DNA of 64,000 bases. Source: Archaeoglobaceae archaeon. GTDB lineage: Archaea; Halobacteriota; Archaeoglobi; Archaeoglobales; Archaeoglobaceae. Location of the stretch: contig JALWDS010000044.1 in assembly GCA_027036775.1 (NCBI GenBank), positions 6,260 to 70,259 on the forward strand, in the 5' to 3' direction. The notes beneath the pieces are model-generated. The model saw only the letters and a list, made by a program, of their open reading frames with translations, was not told the origin of the DNA and did not search any database. Of the stretch, positions 15,817 to 25,562 are shown piece after piece. Within the stretch, counting starts at the first letter, position 1. Each line of letters opens with the position of its first letter. Made by a program: the position numbers and the translations under genes.

Positions 15817-16557
15817 ATGCTGATAATCGTCGCATCGATTTTAATGTTACTATTCTTAGCGGTTAAGAGGAGAACCCTCGGACTGATAGCTTGGATTTCG
15901 ACGGGAGTGGCCTTTCTTCAGAGGGTCCCCTACTTTCTATCGATAGGAGATTACTTCAACGCAACCGTGTTTGCACTTGCATTCTTTTTCTTCGTCCTTC
16001 TCGGATACACGACACTCAAGGGAGACTTGGACGTTATGGTGCAGGTCACGAGGTTCTCATTTCTGGCAATGCTTTTCTACTTCCCCTTCGAACTCTACGA
16101 GCCCTTTAGAAGGGCTTTGATAAGAACCGTGGTTGATCAGACTTTCATGCTGGGTAGAGCCATAGGATTCGACTTCGAGAGGTTGGGTTGGGACGAGATA
16201 ACCCTGAACGATAGAGGCATAAGGATCATACTGCCGTGCACAGGAATCGAAAGCATGTCCCTCTACGCCGGTGCGTGTTTGGGAGTTAAAGCTGATTTAA
16301 GCAGGAGACTGAAAGCTTTCCTCGTTTCTGTTCCCACAATCTACGTCCTAAACCTATTCAGGGCGGTTTTCGTTTTGGCCTCTTACGGATACTCCTGGTT
16401 TGGAGAGAACAGCTTTTACATAGCACACAACGTAGTATCTAAGTTTTTAGCTCTGGCGTCTCTGATAGTCATAACACTGGTGGTTTTCAAAATACTGCCT
16501 GAGCTCGAAGACCTGATAGTCAATCTAAAAAGGGAGATAGAGAGGGTGGTCAGATGA
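15817..16557 (+). CDS. artA: Archaeosortase A
   Basis: Multi-TM protein; IILPCTGIESM (catalytic Cys), LNLFR, SFYIAHNVVSK. Confidence 0.88.
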   Translation: MLIIVASILMLLFLAVKRRTLGLIAWISTGVAFLQRVPYFLSIGDYFNATVFALAFFFFVLLGYTTLKGDLDVMVQVTRFSFLAMLFYFPFELYEPFRRALIRTVVDQTFMLGRAIGFDFERLGWDEITLNDRGIRIILPCTGIESMSLYAGACLGVKADLSRRLKAFLVSVPTIYVLNLFRAVFVLASYGYSWFGENSFYIAHNVVSKFLALASLIVITLVVFKILPELEDLIVNLKREIERVVR

Positions 16558-17120
16558 TAGTTAAGGAGGGGATTAAGTTTATAGCCCTCGAAATGGCACT
16601 GATACCTCTCACACTGATCTTAAAACCCCTCCTTCCCGTTTTGGCATTCTTTTTGGTTTTGACCCTTCTGTTCTTCAGAGACCCATACAGGGAGATCGGA
16701 GATGGAGTTGTTTCTCCAGCCGACGGTAGGATAGATCACGTCGAGGGGAACAGGATAGAGATATTCATGAACGTCTTCGACTGCCACGTCAACAGGAGTC
16801 CCGTGAGCGGAAGGGTTAGTAAAATAGTTTACAGTAGGGGTTCGAAGCTCCCCGCCTTTATTAGATGCGGAAATCCCGAGAGGAACGAGATATACATAGA
16901 GAGCGAATACGGAACGTTTAAGGTCGTCCAAATCGCGGGTTTCTTGGCGAGGAGGATAATCTGCTTTTTGAGGGAGGGTCAAAAGGTTGAAAAGGGTGAG
17001 AGAATTGGGATGATTGTGATGGGTTCCAGAGTAGTCTTGGAGGTCCCGAACGGGTTCAAGTTCGTCAAGGGGGTTGGAGATAAAGTGAAAGCGGGTGAGA
17101 CGATTGCGATCAAAACTTAA
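16554..17120 (+). CDS. psd: Phosphatidylserine (archaetidylserine) decarboxylase proenzyme
   Basis: FFRDP, SPADG, HVNRSP and the GSRV self-cleavage motif. Confidence 0.92.
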   Translation: MIVKEGIKFIALEMALIPLTLILKPLLPVLAFFLVLTLLFFRDPYREIGDGVVSPADGRIDHVEGNRIEIFMNVFDCHVNRSPVSGRVSKIVYSRGSKLPAFIRCGNPERNEIYIESEYGTFKVVQIAGFLARRIICFLREGQKVEKGERIGMIVMGSRVVLEVPNGFKFVKGVGDKVKAGETIAIKT

Positions 17121-17694
17121 GGTTGCCGACCTTTTCTCGTTCCTCAACGCCCTCTCTGGGACGATCGGAATTTACTATGTAAATGATGTAAATTTATCTA
17201 TAAAATTTATTTTAATATCTGCCTTGATGGACGGGTTGGACGGTTTCTTCGCGAGGAAAAGGGGTTGCAGTGACCTTGGAAGGGAGTTGGATTCCCTTGC
17301 GGATATGGTATCTTTCGGAGTTCTACCATCCCTAATCCTCCTGAAGTTGGGATACCTCTACTCCGCAATTCCTTTCCTGCTCGCGTCGATGTATAGGCTT
17401 GCGAGGTTCAACGTTCTCAAATCGGAGGACTTCGTCGGGCTACCAACGACAGTTTCCGCCTTAATCGTTTCCTGCACGGTCGCTCTAAACTTTCCCCGAA
17501 TAGACGTCTTCGCACTGATTTTATCCCTCCTGATGGTCAGCGGATTGAGATACTTTAGAGTCAAGAACAGGACTTTAACTGTCATCTTCGGTTTAACCTT
17601 GATACTTGCTGTTTTTTCGAAGGTCTTTTACATCGTCGTCCTCTTAATGCTCACGGCTTACGTTATAAGTCCGGCGTTCAACGTTAGGTTATGA
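17095..17694 (+). CDS. pssA: CDP-alcohol phosphatidyltransferase, archaetidylserine synthase
   Basis: DGLDGFFAR...GRELDSLADMVSFG and RLARFN motifs. Confidence 0.88.
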   Translation: MRRLRSKLKVADLFSFLNALSGTIGIYYVNDVNLSIKFILISALMDGLDGFFARKRGCSDLGRELDSLADMVSFGVLPSLILLKLGYLYSAIPFLLASMYRLARFNVLKSEDFVGLPTTVSALIVSCTVALNFPRIDVFALILSLLMVSGLRYFRVKNRTLTVIFGLTLILAVFSKVFYIVVLLMLTAYVISPAFNVRL

Positions 17695-18026
17695 CGTGCA
17701 AAGCCTGCTTCGAACTCGGAATAAAGCTCGGTGCCCTGTTCCACCAGTTCTTGGGGTTACCGATCTCTTTGAAGAATGTTGAGATTGTCGAGAGGGCAAT
17801 TGAGAGCTGTGTCTCGCTTCAGCCTTACGTGGAGGACGTTAGAGTGGAGATAGACAGGGAGGTTTTGAAGAGGAGGGAGTCGAGTTTCGGATACGCAACA
17901 CTCGATCCTGAGATGCTCAAGGCTGAGGTCGTTGTCAACGTGGACGGGGTTAGAGTAAAAGGTTTGCTGAGATGGGTTGAAGAAATGAGGTATCCGCTCA
18001 TGAGCTTCGAACTCGTAAACGTTTAA
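17691..18026 (+). CDS. mptD: Archaeal dihydroneopterin aldolase (DUF381/MptD)
   Basis: FELGIKLGALFHQFLG...LQPYV...YPLM signature. Confidence 0.85.
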   Translation: MTCKACFELGIKLGALFHQFLGLPISLKNVEIVERAIESCVSLQPYVEDVRVEIDREVLKRRESSFGYATLDPEMLKAEVVVNVDGVRVKGLLRWVEEMRYPLMSFELVNV

Positions 18027-18050
18027 ATTCTTCGAGTTCGAGTTGAGAAT

Positions 18051-18230
18051 ATGAGAGAGGTGAAGGTTAGGATACCGACTTTGGACGACATCCTGCCGAA
18101 GGAGTTCAAGGAGCACATGGCAAACGCATACAAGGAAACCCTTCTGGCCCTGAGAAGCCTAATAGACGCAAAGATAAAGAAGATTGAAGAGGGAAGGGAA
18201 AAGAGGCTCAAGAAGATAGAGATTCAATGA
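18051..18230 (+). CDS. Small hypothetical protein (59 aa, not in ORF track)
   Basis: MREVKVRIPTLDDILPKEFKEHMANAYKETLLALRSLIDAKIKKIEEGREKRLKKIEIQ; ATGA overlap with surE. Confidence 0.75.
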   Translation: MREVKVRIPTLDDILPKEFKEHMANAYKETLLALRSLIDAKIKKIEEGREKRLKKIEIQ

Positions 18231-19009
18231 AACCCAAGATACTGATAACGAACGACGACGGATTGTATTCTCTCGGTCTCAGAGCGAGTTACGAAGCTCT
18301 AAAGGACTTGGGAGAAGTTTACGTCGTCGCTCCAATGATTCAGAGGAGCGGAGTTGGAAGGAGCATATCCATAATGACCCCGATAAGGATGCACAGGGTT
18401 AGGGTTAACGGGATGGACGTTTACGCTGTTGACGGGACTCCCACGGATGCGGTGATAATTGGCATATACGAAGTCGTGGGTGACGTTCCAGATCTCGTCG
18501 TCTCTGGAATCAACCTCGGTGAAAATCTTTCAACGGAGGCTGTAACCACATCTGGAACAGTTTGCTCAGCTTTGGAGGGAGCGACTCAAGGTAGTAAGGC
18601 TATAGCGATCTCCCTTGAACTTCCAGACCACGAGAAGTTCGAAGTATTTCCAAAGGATTTCGACTTCAGCTTGGCCAAGAGGGTTTTGAGGAGGATTGCC
18701 GAAAAGGTCTTGAGAGACGGATTGCCAAAAGGAGTGGACGTTTTGAATGTCAACGTTCCGTCCAAAGCGGTAGATGAGAGGATAGTCGTCACGAGGTTGG
18801 CGAGGAAGATGTATAGGACGAGGGTCGAGAAGAGGTTGGATCCAAGGGGGAGGGAGTATTACTGGATTTACGGTGTGGAGGTTGAAAACGCTTTGGAGGG
18901 AACGGACATACACGCTTTGAGAAGGGGTTTCATTTCGGTAACACCCATAAGCGTTGATTTAACGGCGAACGTCGATTTCCAGTCAATTGAGAGGTGGTTG
19001 AATGAATGA
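18227..19009 (+). CDS. surE: 5'/3'-nucleotidase SurE
   Basis: ILITNDDG, DGTPTDAV, SGINLGEN. Confidence 0.95.
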   Translation: MKPKILITNDDGLYSLGLRASYEALKDLGEVYVVAPMIQRSGVGRSISIMTPIRMHRVRVNGMDVYAVDGTPTDAVIIGIYEVVGDVPDLVVSGINLGENLSTEAVTTSGTVCSALEGATQGSKAIAISLELPDHEKFEVFPKDFDFSLAKRVLRRIAEKVLRDGLPKGVDVLNVNVPSKAVDERIVVTRLARKMYRTRVEKRLDPRGREYYWIYGVEVENALEGTDIHALRRGFISVTPISVDLTANVDFQSIERWLNE

Positions 19010-19670
19010 GAAGGAGATGGTTGCGATTGAGGCTGTAAAGCTCGTTAAAGATGGGATGGTTTTGGGTGTGGGTAGCGGAACTACGGTTGCCATCTTTTTA
19101 AAGAAGCTCGGTGAAAGAATTAGGGAGGAGGAGATGACTGTTTACGGAGTTCCGAGTTCGTATCAATCTCACTTTCTCTGTATAGAGGCTGGTGTAAGGG
19201 TAGTTGACCTTTTGGAATTCCCAGAGCTCGATCTCTGCATCGATGGGGCGGATCAAATAGACGAAAATCTGAACTGCATAAAGGGAGGAGGAGGGGCTTT
19301 GACAAGGGAGAAGGTGGTTTCTCAAGCCTCTAAGAGGTTCGTGATCATTGCGGAAGGCAGAAAGTTCTCGAAGAGGTTGAACTCCCAAGTTCCTGTAGAG
19401 GTCCTTCCCTTCGCATACGGTTACGTTAAAAGGAAACTGCAAGAGATGGGAGGAATTTGCACTCTGAGGGAAGGGAAAGGTAAGCTCGGCCCAGTTGTAA
19501 CGGACAACGGAAACTTCATACTGGACTGCAACTTCGGAGAGATCGAAAATCCGAGAGAGCTTGAGGTGGAGATAAACGAGGTAGCTGGGGTTGTCGAGAA
19601 CGGCATATTTTGCAATGTGGATGAGGCTATATTGGGTTATCCGGACGGTGTTAAGTTCTTGAAGCGTTAA
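19002..19670 (+). CDS. rpiA: Ribose-5-phosphate isomerase A
   Basis: GVGSGTT, DGADQ, KGGGGALTREK, TDNGN. Confidence 0.95.
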   Translation: MNEKEMVAIEAVKLVKDGMVLGVGSGTTVAIFLKKLGERIREEEMTVYGVPSSYQSHFLCIEAGVRVVDLLEFPELDLCIDGADQIDENLNCIKGGGGALTREKVVSQASKRFVIIAEGRKFSKRLNSQVPVEVLPFAYGYVKRKLQEMGGICTLREGKGKLGPVVTDNGNFILDCNFGEIENPRELEVEINEVAGVVENGIFCNVDEAILGYPDGVKFLKR

Positions 19671-19789
19671 TCCAGCCTTTCGAAGTCCCTACTCCCGCAG
19701 ATCGGACATTGAAATTCGAACCTCTCAAACCAAGGGCAACCCTCTTTTTCATCGTAAACGTAACCGCAAACCCTGCACTGGTAGAGCAT
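19667..19789 (-). CDS. Rubredoxin-like small protein (40 aa, not in ORF track)
   Basis: MLYQCRVCGYVYDEKEGCPWFERFEFQCPICGSRDFERLD; CxxCGYxYD...CPxCG pattern. Confidence 0.75.
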   Translation of the reverse strand: MLYQCRVCGYVYDEKEGCPWFERFEFQCPICGSRDFERLD

Positions 19790-19812
19790 GGGGGTAGTTG
19801 GCACTTGGAATT

Positions 19813-20430
19813 TCAAACTTTCTTTCCAGAAACTATAACCACGAGCTTACTCCAAAATCTGTAGGGGCCAGTTTCAACGTATCTTATGTCCTCAAGTCCC
19901 GCTTTTAGAAACCAAGCCACGCACTGTTGAGTTGAAGGGAAGAGCATTATCGATTCTGCAATCTTTCTAAAGAAGGGGTTGTCCGGTTTCCTCGGAGCCA
20001 AAATAACGACCCTACCTCCCGGCTTTGTAACCCTCGCCATCTCCTGAATTCCCAAAGCTGGGTGTGGCCAATACTCTATGCTTCCAGCAGAAATCGACGC
20101 GTCGAAAACGTCGTCTTTAAAGGGCAAGCTTTCCGCATCTCCCCTCAAGAAGTTCGCTTTTGGAAACCTCCTTACTGCTTTAACCATCTGCTCCGGAGTT
20201 AGGTCGACGGCAACAACTCTATCCTCTCCAACCCTTCTAACTATCTCGTAGGTAGTGAAACCCGTTCCGCACCCCACCTCTAAAACGAGATCGCCCTCCT
20301 TCACGTTCGCCATGTCAACGACGATCTTTCTCATCTCGTTCGAGTAAAAGAAGGGATTGATTAGGTCGTATACCTTTGAAAAGTATTTGTAGAAGTGCCT
20401 CGCCCTCTTCTTGTCGTCGAGCAGAGCCAT
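19813..20430 (-). CDS. SAM-dependent methyltransferase (UbiE/MenG-like)
   Basis: VLEVGCGTG, GDAESLPF, RVTKPGG. Confidence 0.85.
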   Translation of the reverse strand: MALLDDKKRARHFYKYFSKVYDLINPFFYSNEMRKIVVDMANVKEGDLVLEVGCGTGFTTYEIVRRVGEDRVVAVDLTPEQMVKAVRRFPKANFLRGDAESLPFKDDVFDASISAGSIEYWPHPALGIQEMARVTKPGGRVVILAPRKPDNPFFRKIAESIMLFPSTQQCVAWFLKAGLEDIRYVETGPYRFWSKLVVIVSGKKV

Positions 20431-20431
20431 G

Positions 20432-20830
20432 TTACTCTTCTTTCTCCTCCTTCTTAAAGAATTCCTCTAAGGGAACCTTTCCGTGTTTAACGACCTTAAC
20501 GTTTATCTGAACTATGTCCGCGGATATAACCCTTCCCCTAACTGTTTTCCTCCTTCTGACACCCTTCTCCTTCGGATTGTAACCTACTCCACCAGACAGC
20601 AGTAACCTCTTCCTTCCAGTTCCGGGCAGGTCGGGTCTCATAGGGAAACCATCCTTGTCGCTACCACCGGTTATCTGAAGTTCGTAGTCCGGAGGTAGGT
20701 CGACCAAGGTTCCGTTTATCACGTCTCCTATCTGCTTTCCTATGAGCTTGTTTGCGTTAGCTCCGCTTACCACCTTCTGGTAGGCCTTTCCAGTTTTAGG
20801 ATCGGATATAACCACCTTGAACTCGACCAT
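20432..20830 (-). CDS. rps6e: 30S ribosomal protein S6e
   Basis: [28 protein letters not shown]. Confidence 0.97.
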   Translation of the reverse strand: MVEFKVVISDPKTGKAYQKVVSGANANKLIGKQIGDVINGTLVDLPPDYELQITGGSDKDGFPMRPDLPGTGRKRLLLSGGVGYNPKEKGVRRRKTVRGRVISADIVQINVKVVKHGKVPLEEFFKKEEKEE

Positions 20831-20900
20831 GCATGATGGAAGGGAACTCAATTTATAAACCTGACGACAACCCTATAAGCAGACACTCTCACCTGTCCCT

Positions 20901-21461
20901 ATGAGGTTCAGGTGGCTCGGCAACTCCTGCGTTGAGGTGTGGAACGATCTGCACATACTGATAGATCCGAACTACCTCGTGGAGCCCGAGGGGGGTATAG
21001 ATTACGTCTTGGTAACTCACGAGCACAACGATCACATAGACGTCGAAAAGCTGAGGAGGTTGGATTACAGAAAACTGATTGCTCCAGAATACACCCTAAA
21101 GCTTTACAAACTCGAAGGCATCAAAGCTGAGATCGGGAAGGAAGTTGAAGGTATAAAGATTTTGCCGAGCTGGTGCTGGAAATCTGAAGAGTCCGTGAGC
21201 TACTACTACGAGGGAGTTCTCCATTCTGGAGATTCGGCCAAGTTTCCAGATGTAGAGAACGTTAAAGTCGTCTTTACAGCATGTTTTCCCGACTTCTACG
21301 AGGAATACATAGAGGAGATGAAGAGGCTCAAGCCCGATTTGGTGGTTCCAATTCACTACGACGAGAGAAAGGTCAGAAACGCCGAGGGGTTGGTGGAGAT
21401 TTTGAAGAGCAATGGAATAAACGCGAGGATGGTTAAAGTTGGGGAAGTGGTGGAGCTATGA
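20901..21461 (+). CDS. Metallo-beta-lactamase-fold hydrolase
   Basis: THEHNDH, HSGD, VPIHY. Confidence 0.88.
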   Translation: MRFRWLGNSCVEVWNDLHILIDPNYLVEPEGGIDYVLVTHEHNDHIDVEKLRRLDYRKLIAPEYTLKLYKLEGIKAEIGKEVEGIKILPSWCWKSEESVSYYYEGVLHSGDSAKFPDVENVKVVFTACFPDFYEEYIEEMKRLKPDLVVPIHYDERKVRNAEGLVEILKSNGINARMVKVGEVVEL

Positions 21462-22564
21462 TGGAGTTGAGGTATGCGAACACAAAACTATATTTCGGAC
21501 TGAAAGCGGTTGAAAGGTTGAGGGATCACTTGAACGGGTTTGAAAATGTCGTTTTGGTCACTGGGAAACATTCCGCAAGGCTGAGCGGTGCTTTAAAGGA
21601 TGTCGAGGAAGTTTTAAAGGATTTAGAAGTCGAATACAAGGTTTTCGACGAGGTCGTTCCGAATCCCACAACGGAGATAGCGGACGAGTTGGCCGAAATC
21701 ATTTGGAGAGACGGCTACGACTGCGTTATTGCGATAGGCGGTGGGAGTGTAATAGACACAGCAAAGGTATCATCCGTGATAGCCTTGAGCGGTGGAAGGG
21801 CGAGGGATTACTTGAGAGGTAAGAGAGCTAAGAGGTATCTACCTCTAATTGCGGTAAACCTAACTCACGGAACGGGAAGTGAGATAGACAGGTTTGCGGT
21901 TTTGACCGAAGGTAGGGAGAAGATAGGTATATCGATCAGATATCCGGACGTCAGCTTCGACGATCCGAAATACACGCTGACCTTACCGAGCTGTCAGGCG
22001 GTTTACACGACAATAGATGCATTCTTTCACGCATACGAGGCGGTAACCGCTAAAACCACTAACCCTTTCGTGGAGACCCTATCCTGCGAAGTCGCGAGGA
22101 TAATCGGTGAAAACCTACCCAAAGATCAAGGGCTTGAGGAGAAGACCAAACTGATGTATGCGTCGATGATTGCGGGAATGGCATTGGATTTATCTCCAGC
22201 CCACATAGTTCACGCAATAGAACACGCCCTGAGCGGTATAAATCCCAAGCTACCTCACGGTTGCGGTTTGGCTTTGATCGGGGCGAGAGCGATATACTGG
22301 ATTCACAAGCACTGCGAAAACTCAGCAAAGATCTTGAGATGCTTGACTGGAAGGGAAGTTAGATTGGCTGAGGAAGCGGAAAAGGCTTTTAGGGATTTCC
22401 TGATGGAAGTCGGATTTGTAGAGAGGTTGGGAGATTACGTAGGAAGGGACGACTTTAAAGAGGTCGAGAGAATCGTTTTCGGGCCGTTGAGGTATCTTAT
22501 CAGCAGAGTCAACTTCGAGTTCACGAGGGAGATGCTACACGACATACTCGAAAATTCACTGTGA
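21458..22564 (+). CDS. Iron-containing alcohol dehydrogenase
   Basis: AIGGGSVID, GTGSE, HAIEH, HG motifs. Confidence 0.9.
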   Translation: MMELRYANTKLYFGLKAVERLRDHLNGFENVVLVTGKHSARLSGALKDVEEVLKDLEVEYKVFDEVVPNPTTEIADELAEIIWRDGYDCVIAIGGGSVIDTAKVSSVIALSGGRARDYLRGKRAKRYLPLIAVNLTHGTGSEIDRFAVLTEGREKIGISIRYPDVSFDDPKYTLTLPSCQAVYTTIDAFFHAYEAVTAKTTNPFVETLSCEVARIIGENLPKDQGLEEKTKLMYASMIAGMALDLSPAHIVHAIEHALSGINPKLPHGCGLALIGARAIYWIHKHCENSAKILRCLTGREVRLAEEAEKAFRDFLMEVGFVERLGDYVGRDDFKEVERIVFGPLRYLISRVNFEFTREMLHDILENSL

Positions 22565-22918
22565 AAGTATCTTTTCTACTTCCTTCCTGATCCTCTTCCC
22601 CGCAACCCTGCACGCATCTGGCGGAGCTTCGCCCTTTGCAATAGCCAGCGCACACTGGTAGCAGTTGTCGTATCCGCACGCTCCGCAATCCCTCTTTGGT
22701 AACAGCTCGTATATCCTTTCGGCCTTTTCAATAACCTCTGGAGATTCTCTCGCAAACAAACTCTTGACTGCGGATATTGGCTTTGAGATCACCTGAGATA
22801 GACCTCCACCGAAACCAACGTTTCCTCTACCCCATCTACCCATTCCTCTACCTCTTCTCCATCCTAAACCCTTTCCCCACCTATGTCTTCTCCTACACCT
22901 CCTACCCCAACCGTTCAT
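22556..22918 (-). CDS. Fe-S cluster-binding domain protein with Gly/Arg-rich N-terminus
   Basis: LLPKRDCGACGYDNC...C (FeS domain as in RnfB/CdhE N-terminus). Confidence 0.75.
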   Translation of the reverse strand: MNGWGRRCRRRHRWGKGLGWRRGRGMGRWGRGNVGFGGGLSQVISKPISAVKSLFARESPEVIEKAERIYELLPKRDCGACGYDNCYQCALAIAKGEAPPDACRVAGKRIRKEVEKILSQ

Positions 22919-23002
22919 CTGCGAGGGTTGAACCGAAATTATATAGTCCTTTCGGTCAGCCTAAAATTGAAAGCGTTTAAAAGTGAAACCCCAACTACCA
23001 AC

Positions 23003-24229
23003 GTGAAAATAGCTATAGTGGGTGCTGGATTGACAGGTTTGAGCTGTGCTATGGAGCTTAGGGATTACAATCCGACGATTTTCGAGTGTTGTGACGTCGG
23101 AGGTCTTTTATCTTATTGCGACAGGGGTTACAGGATAGAGAAATTTTATCACCACTTCTTCAGGTGGGACGAGGACTTGCTCGATTTGATTAAAAGGTTG
23201 GGTTTGTCGAGCAGGGTCGTTTGGAAGGTAACGAGAACTGGATTCATGATAAACGGAAAAGTCCATCCTCTAAATACACCTATCGAGATACTCAGATACC
23301 CACACTTAAGCCTTTTTGACAAGTTGAAACTTGCGATTTTCACTTTAAAAAGCAGAGGGAGGGATTACACGTTCTACGACGACGTCGGAGTTTTGGATGG
23401 AATAAGGGATGAGCTTGGAGAGAGACTGCTGAACAATTTTTTCATGCCACTTTTAAAGGCGAAGTTCGGTGAGAACTACGATAAAGTCAGCTACGCTTGG
23501 CTTTTGGCGAGGGTTGCAATAAGGAGCAACAGAAAGCTTAGAGGTGAGGAGTTGGGATACTTGAAGGGCGGTTTCTGGCAGTTGGTGGAGAGAATGGCCG
23601 AAGGTGTTGAAGTGATTAAAAAGAGAGTAGATAATGTAGGTTACTTGAACGGAAAGTTTTACATACGCGGAACGGAGTTCGACGCTGTCGTTTGGACCGC
23701 CCCCCTACCCCTATTGGACAAAAAAATCGCGGAAATGTTGGAATTACCCAAAATAAATTATCAAAGCTCTATATGTGCCCTCCTCGGATGCAAAGAGAGT
23801 TTCAGCGATCTCTATTGGATAAACGTCGATAACGCGATTTTTGGTGCGATAATAGAGCACACGAACTTCATGCCCTTCGAGGATTACGGGGAGCACTTGA
23901 TATACTTGGCAAGTTACACGACACCTGAAGGCGATCTCTTCAAAATGAGCGAGAGGGATTTGGCCAATCTGTATCTGAAGGAGTTCGAGAGGTTGGGTAT
24001 GGACAGGAGAAAGGTAAGGTGGATAAAGGTTTTTAAAGCGAGATACTCCGCCCCTATTTACGAAACTGGGTATTTGAAAAAGATAGTCCCCTACAGAACG
24101 AAATTGAAGGGCTTTTACTTGGCCGGAATGTTCTCGAAACCCAACTACCCGGAGAGGAGCATGAACGGGAGTGTTAAGGCTGGGATCGAAGTTGCAAGGG
24201 TTTTAAAGGAGGATTTCGGGCTTAGCTAA
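23003..24229 (+). CDS. FAD-dependent oxidoreductase (amine/protoporphyrinogen oxidase-like)
   Basis: GTG start, KIAIVGAGLTGL Rossmann motif, EKFYHHFF, ERSMNGSV. Confidence 0.85.
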   Translation: MKIAIVGAGLTGLSCAMELRDYNPTIFECCDVGGLLSYCDRGYRIEKFYHHFFRWDEDLLDLIKRLGLSSRVVWKVTRTGFMINGKVHPLNTPIEILRYPHLSLFDKLKLAIFTLKSRGRDYTFYDDVGVLDGIRDELGERLLNNFFMPLLKAKFGENYDKVSYAWLLARVAIRSNRKLRGEELGYLKGGFWQLVERMAEGVEVIKKRVDNVGYLNGKFYIRGTEFDAVVWTAPLPLLDKKIAEMLELPKINYQSSICALLGCKESFSDLYWINVDNAIFGAIIEHTNFMPFEDYGEHLIYLASYTTPEGDLFKMSERDLANLYLKEFERLGMDRRKVRWIKVFKARYSAPIYETGYLKKIVPYRTKLKGFYLAGMFSKPNYPERSMNGSVKAGIEVARVLKEDFGLS

Positions 24230-25270
24230 CTTCAACACGTCACCTTCAACCTTTATTAAGGGTGTTAGACGTTCGAGAACTTCCTTAGACCTCAAACACT
24301 TCAAAAACAGCTTTTCGTGAAACCTCAAAGCCTTTTTAATAGGTCTTGGTAATTCGTTCAAATCTTCTCCGAAGAGGTAGCCTTCAAACTCGAGATCGTT
24401 CAAACTCACCTCGCCCCTCTTAACCAAAACCCTGTAAACCTCCCTCAAAGTAGGCCTTATCTTGCAATCTATCATGTGAAGTCCACAGCAGTTGGCACTC
24501 TCCAAGTGGAAGTATCCTTCTTTGCACAGACCGAAGTCCAAACCGAATTTCTTGCAAGCCCTACTCAAATCCTCAAGGATTTCGTAGCAATCCGCCTTCA
24601 GAAGTTCTCCCTCAAAAGAGTAGGGACTCCACCTATCCCAGAACTTGCTGTAGAAATCTATTTCACCCCTCTCGATTCTTAACGGTTCCGTAGTTATCTG
24701 ATCGACCGAATCTTTAACGCTTTCAACAAACCCGTGAGCGTCTTCGAAGGAGTAGTTCGGAATTAAGGGCTGTAGTCTGAGAACCTTGGGGGCGTCTAAA
24801 CCCTCCAAAGCCTTCAACCTCTCCCTCGGGTGCGGAGCTTTAGGTTCCAAATCGTTTCTCTCAAGCGAGCTTACGGAAATCTGAACTACAATCAAATCGT
24901 CCTTGGCCATCTCCTCTATCGTTCCTCTCCAAGGATTTCTTGCAATCCTGTCCGATTTCGTGCAGAGGACTATCGAAATTCCGTTTTCCTTGGCGATCTT
25001 CATTAGCTTGAGTGAAACCTTTGCGATCTCTTCAACATCCTGAAGGGGATCACTCAGAGTCGCCAACCTGAAGGGAACTTTTAAGTCCAACCTCTTCGCA
25101 ACCTTTGCAAACATCCCTATGGCTTTAGCCCTTGGCTTTATCCTTCCTCCCCTATACCATCTGGCGTAACAATATCTGCAAGAGTATCCGCAGTTCGTGT
25201 AAGGTTCAAGCCTCAAAACGGAGTAGCAGAGGGGACTTATTATCTTGGACGGATTTATTGCCAACTCCAT
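24203..25270 (-). CDS. Radical SAM protein (spore photoproduct lyase-like family)
   Basis: EPYTNCGYSCRYCYA (CxxxCxxC), SDPLQ, LEPKAP. Confidence 0.85.
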   Translation of the reverse strand: MELAINPSKIISPLCYSVLRLEPYTNCGYSCRYCYARWYRGGRIKPRAKAIGMFAKVAKRLDLKVPFRLATLSDPLQDVEEIAKVSLKLMKIAKENGISIVLCTKSDRIARNPWRGTIEEMAKDDLIVVQISVSSLERNDLEPKAPHPRERLKALEGLDAPKVLRLQPLIPNYSFEDAHGFVESVKDSVDQITTEPLRIERGEIDFYSKFWDRWSPYSFEGELLKADCYEILEDLSRACKKFGLDFGLCKEGYFHLESANCCGLHMIDCKIRPTLREVYRVLVKRGEVSLNDLEFEGYLFGEDLNELPRPIKKALRFHEKLFLKCLRSKEVLERLTPLIKVEGDVLKLAKPEILL

Positions 25271-25271
25271 G

Positions 25272-25538
25272 CTAGGCGGGTTTTATGTCTATCTCAACGA
25301 CGTCTCCAACCTTCAGATCGAGCGTGCAGTAGGTGTCGTATTCGAGGGTCACGAAGCCGTCGAAGTTTAATGCCTCCTCTATCTTTCTCGCTATGTTCAT
25401 CCCCATCTGCATGCTGAACTCGATCATTCTCTCTGGTGAGTCTATCTTGGGTAAAACCGTTGCGTTGCTCTTCATCTTTTTGAAGTAAACGACAACCTCA
25501 TCGTCCTTCAGCTCTATTCTGACGATCTTATACTTCAT
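25272..25538 (-). CDS. Small hypothetical protein
   Basis: 88-aa ORF in operon context; C-terminal LDLKVGDVVEI. Confidence 0.65.
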   Translation of the reverse strand: MKYKIVRIELKDDEVVVYFKKMKSNATVLPKIDSPERMIEFSMQMGMNIARKIEEALNFDGFVTLEYDTYCTLDLKVGDVVEIDIKPA

Positions 25539-25562
25539 GAAGGGCTATCTTCCGCTTGACTT

